A stretch of DNA of 64,000 nucleotides from a virus (taxonomy: Duplodnaviria; Caudoviricetes). Where the stretch lies: positions 939-64,938 of the IMG/VR virus record IMGVR_UViG_3300046776_000001. One strand, 5' to 3'. The notes under the pieces were generated by a model that worked only from the letters and a program-made list of their open reading frames with translations, searched no databases and had not been told where the DNA came from. Made by a program: the position numbers and the translations under genes. This document shows, piece after piece, positions 18,171 through 26,453 of the stretch; the stretch's first letter is position 1; the number at the start of each line of letters is the position of its first letter.

Positions 18171-18201
18171 CAAAGGTATGTTAACCGTTTTTGTTGCGCA
18201 A
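18171..18201 (-). promoter_or_regulatory. Promoter with TTGCGCAA at -33
   Basis: TTG-N20-TACCTTTG. Confidence 0.7.
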
Positions 18202-18252
18202 CAATTTTCGTATTTTTTTTAACGGAAAATTTGGCGTTAACATTTTTGGCTG

Positions 18253-18530
18253 TTAGTTCGGGTGTCGATTACCTATAGGATACCTATATCCTTTCCGCTC
18301 AACAATGGTTTCGTGGCTAACAGTTTGCCTAAATCCATTAGGATGCGAAATGTGCGCATCTTTAGTTAGTGGATTATAAATTACATTTGCTCCCATGTCC
18401 ATGCAATCCAAAATTTGCTCAACAAAAGAGTTTATAATATTAGCGCAAATCCTTTCTTCTATTGTCGCGTGCTCGCTTACCTCAATTCGGCTTGGAAAAA
18501 CAGTACCAATCTGTCAGTATAATTTTCCAT
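18253..18530 (-). pseudogene. frameshifted hypothetical gene (MENYTD.../QIGTVFPSRIEV...)
   Basis: ATG at 18530 gives 17 aa; an 86-codon open -1 frame (18513-18253) fills the intergenic gap. Confidence 0.55.
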
Positions 18531-18542
18531 TGTATTGTTATT

Positions 18543-18905
18543 TTAAAAGTTGCCCGCGTTAACGGGCGTTTGTGATTTATTTAATTGTGTTTCAAGTGCC
18601 TCAATCGGTAAGTACTCTCTATTTTTCTGTTCGTCACTCATTTCTATTTCATTCTTGAAAGCCCTAACATTGTAAACTAACGTTTCAAGTATTGTAGGCT
18701 TGCCCTCTATCCTAATAAGGTTTACCGCCGGAATAACACTTCTACCCTTTTCAAATTCAGGCAAAGGCATTTTTATTGTTGGCCTATACTGTCCATACTC
18801 AAACCCCACAAATTCACTACTTGGAAAATTTTTTGTTATCCAGTCGGCAAACTCTCCTTTTTCATTAAAAACGTTTCTAGCGTGATAAAAAGTTAAGTGC
18901 ATCAT
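18543..18905 (-). CDS. hypothetical phage protein (likely start MMHLTF)
   Basis: Start abuts the stop of the upstream gene. Confidence 0.7.
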   Translation of the reverse strand: MMHLTFYHARNVFNEKGEFADWITKNFPSSEFVGFEYGQYRPTIKMPLPEFEKGRSVIPAVNLIRIEGKPTILETLVYNVRAFKNEIEMSDEQKNREYLPIEALETQLNKSQTPVNAGNF

Positions 18906-18906
18906 A

Positions 18907-19188
18907 TTAATCAAGTCTTTTAATGCAAAGTAATGGATTGTGTGCAAATTCGCCCAAAATAACGTGATAAGTGCCGCGTATGATTTGGCGGTACTCAATA
19001 TCAATTAAGTACATTTTTTCTTTGCGCATTCGATACGGGGAATTGTAGTTTAATTTAATGCCTAATGATTCGGCAATACGCAAAACACCCAATCTTGTGC
19101 AACTCATATTAACTGCTGTCCTTTGTTTTTCACCTTGGTCGTTATGCGATTCGATAACTACTGAAAACCTTAAATCTTCGTTTTTCAT
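18907..19188 (-). CDS. hypothetical phage protein
   Basis: 93-aa ORF behind a hairpin/CACTCACTT leader. Confidence 0.7.
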   Translation of the reverse strand: MKNEDLRFSVVIESHNDQGEKQRTAVNMSCTRLGVLRIAESLGIKLNYNSPYRMRKEKMYLIDIEYRQIIRGTYHVILGEFAHNPLLCIKRLD

Positions 19189-19241
19189 AATTTTATCTTT
19201 AAGTGAGTGAAAAGTTGCCCGCGTTAACGGGCGTTTTGTGA

Positions 19242-19607
19242 TTAGGCAATCGTTTTTAAATCACTTACAGACTGTTCCGCTAGCGATAAATAAAGATCAA
19301 TATACTCTTTGTAAATATTACAATCCCAAGGGTCATTTATGTTTTCGCCATTCTCTTTTATATCAAAGAATATGTTTAATTTTTCTTCGCTCAATACATT
19401 TATATTGTAATGGCAATGTTCATAAGGCAGTTTCCACCACGCCCGCCGTTTTGCAATCGCATACATCATTCTGCATGCCCACTTCTCGGCAATCGAGCAA
19501 TGTTGGTTAAACATATTCCTTTCGGTGTGAATCATTTGTATTGCTGGCAAATGCTGCAATATTTCTTTTGTGCTTTTGCAATTGATAAATAGTTCGCCTA
19601 CTTGCAT
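19242..19607 (-). CDS. hypothetical phage protein
   Basis: 121-aa ORF behind the leader at 19625-19650. Confidence 0.7.
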   Translation of the reverse strand: MQVGELFINCKSTKEILQHLPAIQMIHTERNMFNQHCSIAEKWACRMMYAIAKRRAWWKLPYEHCHYNINVLSEEKLNIFFDIKENGENINDPWDCNIYKEYIDLYLSLAEQSVSDLKTIA

Positions 19608-19655
19608 GGTGTTTTATATTTTACTTAGTGAGTGATAGCGTTACCGCTTTTTGTG

Positions 19656-19901
19656 TTAGTATATTTTGTCGTAATATTTTGGAGCGATAATTTCCGCTTG
19701 ATTGTTGGCGGTTTCCCAATCAATAATCTCGCCTTCAATGTCGTCAAATGTAGGCTCTACGACCCAGCACTCGCCGTACTTTGTCGCCATAAGCCTAATT
19801 TCCCTTTTAACATTGTTTATTGTTGGCTTTGTTCCTATCATAATGCAATACCTAACTGCGCTAAGTATTGCATGTTTATCAATTTGAATATCTACTTTCA
19901 T
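19656..19901 (-). CDS. hypothetical phage protein
   Basis: 81-aa ORF. Confidence 0.7.
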   Translation of the reverse strand: MKVDIQIDKHAILSAVRYCIMIGTKPTINNVKREIRLMATKYGECWVVEPTFDDIEGEIIDWETANNQAEIIAPKYYDKIY

Positions 19902-19914
19902 GTTTTTAATAATT

Positions 19915-20130
19915 TTATATATACATTGACCCTTTTTGGTTTTTTAGTTCGTGAAAATTATGATACTCTATGCATTCGACCAATGTATCTATTACGCTTT
20001 GTGGCGCAACAGACGAGAATTGCCTTAAATACCGTTGAGCCGTCCGGTATGCCGTTTGGCAGCATCTAATATTGCCGCCGTTCCAGTTTTTGCAAAATTT
20101 ACTTACCGTTTCTAGTGATGTATTTGCCAT
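19915..20130 (-). CDS. hypothetical phage protein
   Basis: 71-aa ORF behind a promoter cassette. Confidence 0.7.
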   Translation of the reverse strand: MANTSLETVSKFCKNWNGGNIRCCQTAYRTAQRYLRQFSSVAPQSVIDTLVECIEYHNFHELKNQKGSMYI

Positions 20131-20146
20131 GATCTTTAAAATTTAA

Positions 20147-20288
20147 AAGTGAGTGAATAAATACGCTTACCGCGTTTTGATAGGTCAAAGATAAGGGTGT
20201 TTTGTATTAAAGTGGTAACATTTAATCAATTATTTTTGATTTTTATTTTTCAGAAATAATTGAAAATTCACAAAGTATTGATAATGAA
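20147..20288 (-). promoter_or_regulatory. Early promoter cassette (TATCTTTG 20186-20193; operator 20248-20265; TTGATAATGAA 20278-20288)
   Basis: First about 47 bp identical to the cassette at 28400. Confidence 0.8.
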
Positions 20289-20362
20289 TAAAATGCCCGT
20301 CAACTTTACAGCGTCGGGGCATGATTGAAAAATCCAAATTCGATTTCTTTATTGGTGTGTTG

Positions 20363-20845
20363 TTATGAAAACTCTACTACTCCTTTGTGTTCAACCGCTG
20401 CCTTGAAAATATCGTGCCATTTTTCATATCGTTCACTCATTACGGCGTTGTCCGATTTTTTGGCCTTTTCTGCGTAAAGATCAAAGTCGCTCAATATTTT
20501 TTCTGATACCTCCCAGTCTAAGCACCCCTCATTGTCGGCAAAGTCTATTAGATCAAAAAACGGCAAACTATTTTCTGTGTATATTTTCTCATAGTCAACT
20601 TTGCCATCTTCACATAGCAAATCCTGCCTACCTGCAATACTCAAAAGAAAGCCCCTGAAAAGGCCATGAAATCCATAACCACAATCAATACCGACATTCT
20701 CAATAAATTCACCTTCATAGGCTTGATTGTAAATTAAGTTTTTTACTTTCCATTTCCAATTTTCACTTGCCACATAGGCCACAAAATTAGCATCTTCATC
20801 GCTGCATGGCTTTATGTTTTTATAAACAGATACTGATAATCCCAT
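20363..20845 (-). CDS. hypothetical phage protein
   Basis: 160-aa ORF. Confidence 0.75.
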   Translation of the reverse strand: MGLSVSVYKNIKPCSDEDANFVAYVASENWKWKVKNLIYNQAYEGEFIENVGIDCGYGFHGLFRGFLLSIAGRQDLLCEDGKVDYEKIYTENSLPFFDLIDFADNEGCLDWEVSEKILSDFDLYAEKAKKSDNAVMSERYEKWHDIFKAAVEHKGVVEFS

Positions 20846-20890
20846 TTTTTTTAAGTATTTAATTGTTATTGTTATTTTGTGCTGACTTAT

Positions 20891-21238
20891 TTATATATAC
20901 TCATACTCATTGTTATGAAAACTATTTTCAATTGATAGCCATGTACGCTCCCTAATAGTATGCCAAATTTCTCCATTAAATTCTTTCTCAACCGATATGA
21001 AAACTTTATTTGTTTTTATGTCAGCAGATAAAATCCTGTATGTTTCTGATTTGTCAAAACCGTTTGTGGATTTTCTAAATGGGGTGTTTATTTTTACGTC
21101 TTTCATTTCTTTTAAATAATTTGCTCGGATCTGAAACTCCGCTTTTGTTAGTGGTAGTATTTGCCCCGTTTCAACAAAGTAATACCGTATTTTTTTGTCT
21201 ATGTCTTTCATGCTTGTATTAACGGAATAAGGGGACAA
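20891..21238 (-). CDS. hypothetical phage protein (start uncertain)
   Basis: 106-115 aa ORF depending on the start codon. Confidence 0.65.
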   Translation of the reverse strand: MSPYSVNTSMKDIDKKIRYYFVETGQILPLTKAEFQIRANYLKEMKDVKINTPFRKSTNGFDKSETYRILSADIKTNKVFISVEKEFNGEIWHTIRERTWLSIENSFHNNEYEYI

Positions 21239-21318
21239 AACTACTTTGTACTGCTTATGGTTGACGGCGGCTGCCTTAGTCCCATCCCAATAAATACACT
21301 CTGTATTTTTTCATATTT

Positions 21319-21498
21319 TCAAGTGTGTTTTATTTGCTGATCTTCAATAACTAAACTTGCAGCATCTTGCAAATTAGCCTTTGCCTCTGCTTTATTTAAG
21401 CCCTTAATTTTTCGGTTCATTATTGCCTCAATCAAGGCTTTGTCTTTTGCTTCATCTGCTTTCGATTGAAGTTTTTCTCCTGTTTTTGTGTTTTTCAT
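21319..21498 (-). CDS. hypothetical phage protein
   Basis: Likely start MKNTKT. Confidence 0.55.
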   Translation of the reverse strand: MKNTKTGEKLQSKADEAKDKALIEAIMNRKIKGLNKAEAKANLQDAASLVIEDQQIKHT

Positions 21499-21500
21499 AA

Positions 21501-21707
21501 TTAAGTACTTTTTACTGGATCGTATTTTGAACAAGATGCCATATTGCATTTTATTTTCAGTAACCCGTTTTCAGTACGATTACTTGACCTAACGCCGCAA
21601 TATTGAATAATGCTACCGCCGCACTTCCATCTTTGCCTGTGCTTGCAGGTTCGGCACGTGGTTTTGATTTCGTGGGTTTTGGTGTCGAAAAGTGTTAGAT
21701 TTTCCAT
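21501..21707 (-). CDS. small Cys-rich (zinc-binding) protein
   Basis: CRTCKH...C...C...C..C pattern. Confidence 0.7.
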   Translation of the reverse strand: MENLTLFDTKTHEIKTTCRTCKHRQRWKCGGSIIQYCGVRSSNRTENGLLKIKCNMASCSKYDPVKST

Positions 21708-21722
21708 ATGCTTTATGTCTAT

Positions 21723-21965
21723 TTATCTCCAAACACCATCTACAACCACGCCCGATAAAACCGTGTCGCGGTCTTTAATTATTAAATGAGTATCGCCATT
21801 TTTTAAGTAGTTGCTCCTAAAACTGTATTCAATACCCGTTTTTGTGGTGGTTATAGTTATTTCGGTGTGCTGCTTTACGTTATACATAATTATTACTAAA
21901 AAAGCACAAACAGCACCTAAAAAGGCAAATATAATTATTGCGGTTTTGTTAAATTCTTTTTCCAT
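21723..21965 (-). CDS. small membrane protein
   Basis: N-terminal TM helix. Confidence 0.65.
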   Translation of the reverse strand: MEKEFNKTAIIIFAFLGAVCAFLVIIMYNVKQHTEITITTTKTGIEYSFRSNYLKNGDTHLIIKDRDTVLSGVVVDGVWR

Positions 21966-22015
21966 GTTTTTGTTAGATGTGGGCAGTGTTTGGCCGCCCG
22001 GGTGAGTGAGTAGGT

Positions 22016-22324
22016 TTATGCAATATTTTCTAAAATAGATAAAAGTTTTTCTGCTTGCAGTATAGCCGTATCATCCGAGTTATCAATCTGGTCGAAACTT
22101 TCTGGGTTATCAAGAAACTCTTTGTTGTATATCTTAAAGGCTTCAATTAATTGTTGTTTTGTAAAGCAAAAACTATCGAAATTCAAATCTTCTATTTTAA
22201 CACCATAATCTTCAATTTGCGTAGGTATAGGTTTAAAATCATTGTTTTTTAAAAAATCACTTAAAGTGCTACCTGCACTTAGTATTGATTCATTATTTTC
22301 TGATACATCAAAATTCTTGTTCAT
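22016..22324 (-). CDS. hypothetical phage protein
   Basis: 102-aa ORF. Confidence 0.65.
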   Translation of the reverse strand: MNKNFDVSENNESILSAGSTLSDFLKNNDFKPIPTQIEDYGVKIEDLNFDSFCFTKQQLIEAFKIYNKEFLDNPESFDQIDNSDDTAILQAEKLLSILENIA

Positions 22325-22328
22325 AATT

Positions 22329-22556
22329 TTATTGTGTTTTAATTAGTGAGTAACTAGCGTATTTTACACGCCCGTAATAAATCATTGTAGTTTGAATATT
22401 ATGCCCTTTTTTTCTAATGTCACTTATTCGAGCCGCCAATCGCTCGCAGTCACATATTTGTCTTGCTATTTTTGTGGTTATTGTTTGGCCGCTTTGCAAA
22501 TGCTCTAAAATAATGGAGCATTGCGATTTTGTGACTTCGTTTTTTAATGTAGCCAT
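22329..22556 (-). CDS. winged HTH protein (HTH_39-like)
   Basis: Q...ILEHLQSG.TIT...A.......RLAARI.DIR..G..I.T motif. Confidence 0.75.
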   Translation of the reverse strand: MATLKNEVTKSQCSIILEHLQSGQTITTKIARQICDCERLAARISDIRKKGHNIQTTMIYYGRVKYASYSLIKTQ

Positions 22557-22561
22557 TTTTT

Positions 22562-23395
22562 TTAAGTTCGTTTTGATTCACCAGGCATTTGAGTAGATGT
22601 AACCATTGCACATAACCTGTCGTATGCCTGCTGAGATAATGCACCCGCTGCAAAGTCGGGGCTAAAATTTGATACAAATAAAGACTTTTGGCCGCTACTA
22701 TTAAAGCGAGGGTAACGCCGTGCGATTAAATCCTCGTTTGGGTTGTACGTGTTGCCAAATTCTTTTTTATCCTCGGTGTGCTTTAAAAACTCATCGAAGC
22801 ATCGGTAATCGTACTGCATACCCTGTGATATTTCGATGTTTTGCTTTATAGAGTTATTGTACTCCAAAGACCAATCCACAAAATGAAAGGCTTTTGAAAG
22901 GTGCTTATCATTAACCTTTTGCGTTAATGAAAACTTGGAAATAATTTTCATTATTTCGGTTTTAAACACCCCAACGCCACCCCACAACCAAACGCCCTTA
23001 CTAAGCGGTAAAGTTGAACTACTGTCATTTATTACCCATTTTACAAGGCTTTCGATAACCGCCGCTTGATCGGGCGAAAATTCTATTTTGTAGTTGCTTA
23101 ACCCTTTTATTGCTGCGATTTCTGCACCCCTGCGAAGTACCATCCTACCAACTGCCAACCTTGCTTCTGAATATTCCATTTCCTGTGCGTATGAAATTAC
23201 TGGGCTACAATTTTGCGGTTTTGGATTCCAAATATTTTTTAAGTAGTCTTTCCCGTAATCCGATACCTCTAATACAAAACCTTCATCATTTGCGCCGCCC
23301 TTCATTCTCTTTGCCAGTCGCTCCATAGATTCGCGCAATTGCGAAAGGTCACGACCGCCCGAAAGTTCTAACGCTTGCTTTTCTATGTCTGTCAT
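22562..23395 (-). CDS. DnaC-like P-loop ATPase / helicase loader
   Basis: KGVWLWGGVGVFKT (Walker A variant), CFDE (Walker B), SN and YDRL motifs; directly after the initiator gene. Confidence 0.75.
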   Translation of the reverse strand: MTDIEKQALELSGGRDLSQLRESMERLAKRMKGGANDEGFVLEVSDYGKDYLKNIWNPKPQNCSPVISYAQEMEYSEARLAVGRMVLRRGAEIAAIKGLSNYKIEFSPDQAAVIESLVKWVINDSSSTLPLSKGVWLWGGVGVFKTEIMKIISKFSLTQKVNDKHLSKAFHFVDWSLEYNNSIKQNIEISQGMQYDYRCFDEFLKHTEDKKEFGNTYNPNEDLIARRYPRFNSSGQKSLFVSNFSPDFAAGALSQQAYDRLCAMVTSTQMPGESKRT

Positions 23396-23398
23396 AAA

Positions 23399-24334
23399 TT
23401 AGAATGTTTTTCTTACTCCGACCTGTGGAGCGTCGTTAATAAATGAACTTTTCTTTTGTTGCGGTTGTGCCGTCTGCTCAAAACTTGACCTTTTGCCGCC
23501 GCCCGTACTTTTATCGCATTTAATTAGCCACCCTAAAAAACCGTTCTTAAAAAAACTTAACGGGTCGCGTCGGCACTGGTGCATACTGCTTTCTTTTTCG
23601 CGCTGGTAATAAGAGAAAAACGCGGCAATTTCCTGTACCGTCCTTTCAGTTGTCCACCCTGTTATCTTTGCAATATTAAACCAGTAACTTACCTGCTCAA
23701 TATTTTCCTTTACAAACTTGGTTGACACGTCAATGGCGTTTGTTAGGTCGTCAACTACGACGGGCGCGGTGGGGAGGGTCGGCGGAACTGGTGGGGCTTT
23801 TTGATCTACGGGCTTTTGAAAAAAAGAAACATTATTTTCTTTGTTTTTTTCGAGTGCGCTATATAATAAACTATAACTATTATTACAATAATTATAACCT
23901 ACCTTATATGAGTCGCCCGTTTGGGCAAATGGAATTGCCCGTTTGGGCAAATGGAATTGCCCGTTTAGGCAAATGGATTTTACTTTTTGGGCAAATGCAT
24001 TTGCCCGTTTGGGCAAATGGCCATTTTTCATCAAAAACAATCCATTTGTAGTCACAAAATACGACTTAGTTCTGTCGTAACCACCGCCTTTAATTGACTG
24101 AATAACGCCCGTTTCCTCTAATTTGTCAACCTCTGTCCGTATCTGCTTAATTGTCAAATATGAGTAAGTAGATGCCAACGCTGCAACACTTCGCGATACT
24201 GGTGCGCTTGCAAAATCGGTATTATTATTCTTTGCCGCCTCCCTGTTTAGGAAGTGGAAATGCTGCAATAATATTGCGCCAATTACACCGACTTCCTCGG
24301 CTACTGAAACGCTAAAAGAATGGCTTTCGCTCAT
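23399..24334 (-). CDS. replication initiator (lambda O-like) carrying the origin internally
   Basis: N-terminal wHTH (YLTIKQIRT..KL...G.I); internal iterons; followed by a DnaC-like ATPase. Confidence 0.8.
   Translation of the reverse strand: MSESHSFSVSVAEEVGVIGAILLQHFHFLNREAAKNNNTDFASAPVSRSVAALASTYSYLTIKQIRTEVDKLEETGVIQSIKGGGYDRTKSYFVTTNGLFLMKNGHLPKRANAFAQKVKSICLNGQFHLPKRAIPFAQTGDSYKVGYNYCNNSYSLLYSALEKNKENNVSFFQKPVDQKAPPVPPTLPTAPVVVDDLTNAIDVSTKFVKENIEQVSYWFNIAKITGWTTERTVQEIAAFFSYYQREKESSMHQCRRDPLSFFKNGFLGWLIKCDKSTGGGKRSSFEQTAQPQQKKSSFINDAPQVGVRKTF
23913..24022. repeat. Replication origin iterons: five tandem 22-bp repeats, TTGCCCGTTTGGGCAAATGGAA
   Basis: Exact 22-bp period (23913, 23935, 23957, 23979, 24001); AT-rich stretch at about 23820-23910. 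Confidence 0.85.
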
Positions 24335-24339
24335 AGTGA

Positions 24340-24615
24340 TTAGTTATTAAATAGTTGATCTTCGTTTATTTGGCCTTGCAAATATTGGTCAATCTTTTGG
24401 ATTTTTTCTTTGTGTTCGTTGTCGCTTTGAAACTCGTAAAAACCCAAAAACCTACTTTTTTCATTTGAAACATCAAACGGCTGCCAAAACACCGTAAAAA
24501 AGACGCTTTGCGTTCCGTCATTTTGAGTAGTAAAGGATAGCGACACCTTACGCTCCTTTGCTTTTTTCATTGCCATTTTTTTAGTAATAGCAATTGTTAT
24601 TTTGTGTAAATCCAT
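24340..24615 (-). CDS. hypothetical phage protein (start MDLHK)
   Basis: Start abuts the upstream stop. Confidence 0.65.
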   Translation of the reverse strand: MDLHKITIAITKKMAMKKAKERKVSLSFTTQNDGTQSVFFTVFWQPFDVSNEKSRFLGFYEFQSDNEHKEKIQKIDQYLQGQINEDQLFNN

Positions 24616-24616
24616 A

Positions 24617-24724
24617 TTATTTGATCGGTAAAATGCCCCACGCTTGCAATAGAAGCGCAACGCAAAGGCCAAAGAATATCCATACCGCTACGTACTGAGC
24701 GGCAATTTTAAAATCTTTTTCCAT
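24617..24724 (-). CDS. small single-TM protein (MEKDFK..., 35 aa)
   Basis: Hydrophobic; first ORF after the C4-like leader. Confidence 0.55.
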   Translation of the reverse strand: MEKDFKIAAQYVAVWIFFGLCVALLLQAWGILPIK

Positions 24725-24737
24725 GTAAAAATGTGAA

Positions 24738-24825
24738 TAAAAAAAGCCCGATATACTTTGGAGCGGTGGCTTAGACAGGCCATTGGAGGATACAAACCCC
24801 AAACCGCTCCGAAATATTCGGGCTT
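24738..24825 (-). ncRNA. C4/CI-like antisense RNA cloverleaf ending in a U-tract
   Basis: Long stem with two apical hairpins whose loops (TTTGTAT, CTGTCTAA) complement upstream GATACA and TTAGACA. Confidence 0.6.
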
Positions 24826-24966
24826 AATATAAATTTTGTGCGTGTATCTATTTGATAGCAGCAAAGGTGTCTAATTTTTGCTTTTTTATCGCGACCAAAT
24901 AACCTTACAAAGGTAAAAAATTTATTCCAATATTTACAACTATTGCGCAAATATTTTTTATGTTTT

Positions 24967-25263
24967 TTAGTGTTTGCTAAATTCCGACATTTGCTTAATC
25001 GTTAAAATACGTGCTAAGTCCTGTAACGCTTCATTGGGCGTTGCGCCTTTTCCAATCGCGTATTTTTTACAATCTCCATTTTCGTCCCAAAACATCATTT
25101 CGTCCGTGTCGTCACTGCCAACCTCGTCCGGCTGGTCGCCTGCAAATAGGTTAAACGCTAAGTATTGCGCCCCACTATATGTGCCGCCGTAACGATCTGC
25201 AACTATTGTAAGTGGGTAAATTTCGCTTGGTACTACATTGTATTTTGTTGATTCTTTTTGCAT
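24967..25263 (-). CDS. hypothetical phage protein (start MQKES)
   Basis: IVADRYGGTYSG...G.G.TP.EA..DL pattern. Confidence 0.7.
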   Translation of the reverse strand: MQKESTKYNVVPSEIYPLTIVADRYGGTYSGAQYLAFNLFAGDQPDEVGSDDTDEMMFWDENGDCKKYAIGKGATPNEALQDLARILTIKQMSEFSKH

Positions 25264-25270
25264 ATTTTTT

Positions 25271-25513
25271 TTATTTTTTACCCATTTTTTCAACTTCAAT
25301 TTTCGCCTTCTTAACAAGATTATAAGCGGTCATAATTATTTCCGCCGCGTCCCGTCCGTTTTTAGGCTGAACACCCGACAAGCACCGCGATACCTTGCAC
25401 CGAGTAAAACCCGTTATTTCGGCAATACGCGCCTGTTTAATATTGTAGTGTTTCAAATTTTCGTTTAGTTGTACTAAATTTAAAAGCCGTTTTAATTCCG
25501 TTGCTTTACCCAT
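25271..25513 (-). CDS. XRE/Cro-like HTH regulator
   Basis: LKHYNIKQARIAEITGFTRCKVSRCLSG. Confidence 0.7.
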   Translation of the reverse strand: MGKATELKRLLNLVQLNENLKHYNIKQARIAEITGFTRCKVSRCLSGVQPKNGRDAAEIIMTAYNLVKKAKIEVEKMGKK

Positions 25514-25591
25514 ATTTGCCCTTACTGCTTTTTTATTGCGCAATAAACGGGGCAAATGTACGTGAATTAAAAATAATTGGAGGCGGTTAAA

Positions 25592-25873
25592 TTAGTCTGT
25601 TAGTGATTTTAGGTATTCTCCAACTGATTTTTTACCGTCTTTATATCCTTTTATCAGTCCAGACTGTTGCGCTTCTTGACACAAAAGACCAATAACAAAA
25701 GATATTGTTACGTCGTTTTTGTTTGGAATCCTAACTTCAAATTTTTTATCAAGCATCTCATAGGTAATGCTTGCAAATATAAAATTAGGCTCTGTTTGAT
25801 TTGTACCAGTAGTTTGAGTGAAAACAAACCCAATTTCTAGCATTGCGTCGTGCAATTCTTTTGATATGTTCAT
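25592..25873 (-). CDS. hypothetical phage protein
   Basis: 93-aa ORF. Confidence 0.65.
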   Translation of the reverse strand: MNISKELHDAMLEIGFVFTQTTGTNQTEPNFIFASITYEMLDKKFEVRIPNKNDVTISFVIGLLCQEAQQSGLIKGYKDGKKSVGEYLKSLTD

Positions 25874-25892
25874 GCTTTTTTTGTTATTTTTA

Positions 25893-26055
25893 TTTGTGAA
25901 TAGTAAAAAGTCCCGTATATTTGCGCTTCAAAAGTTCATAGAACACATTTTTAACCAAATCTAATTATTATGAAATAGTCAAAAAACATTCCTGCGATTC
26001 GCGGGCGCAATTTTAAGAATTTTATAAAGCCTAATCGTTTTGATTAGGCTTTTTT
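25893..26055 (+). ncRNA. putative standalone sRNA / minigene transcript
   Basis: TTTG-N19-TATATTTG promoter, ATG AAA TAG at 25970-25978, terminator hairpin at 26026-26055. Confidence 0.5.
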
Positions 26056-26058
26056 GTT

Positions 26059-26433
26059 TTATGTATTTTTGAATGTTGATAGTGCCTCTAATCGTACTTT
26101 TTGCATTCGTAACAACTGCAATAATTCCGCATCTTCAAAACTAAAATCTTCTCGATCACGCTGCCAAATGTCCATCTGCAATTCAATTGCGTAACAAATG
26201 GCTTTGTGTGCTACTAAGTTGGCCGCTGTCCCTTCATGCTCCCACGGTATCCACTTTTCGCCGTCCCATTTTTTGCCTAAAGTTGGCATGAGTATTGCCA
26301 GTCCGTCATTTAAAATGTCTGATTTTTTAACGCCTTTGAGCATTCGAAATGTCTCTTTGGTCACCTTTACGGCAATCCTAGTATCTTTTTTTGCCTCCGT
26401 TTTGAATGGCCTACCTTTCTTTTTTTGTGTCAT
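26059..26433 (-). CDS. putative DNA-binding protein (start MTQKKKGRP)
   Basis: KKGRPF...KKDTRIAVKV, typical of a ribbon-helix-helix-like N-terminus. Confidence 0.55.
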   Translation of the reverse strand: MTQKKKGRPFKTEAKKDTRIAVKVTKETFRMLKGVKKSDILNDGLAILMPTLGKKWDGEKWIPWEHEGTAANLVAHKAICYAIELQMDIWQRDREDFSFEDAELLQLLRMQKVRLEALSTFKNT

Positions 26434-26453
26434 GTGTGTTGTGTGTTTAGTGT

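Noticed and set aside
21238-21314. Possible +1 frameshift after ATG at 21314 (A6 run) extending ORF 20891-21238
   Set aside because: Only about 24 extra open codons, which can occur by chance, and an in-frame ATG exists at 21211.
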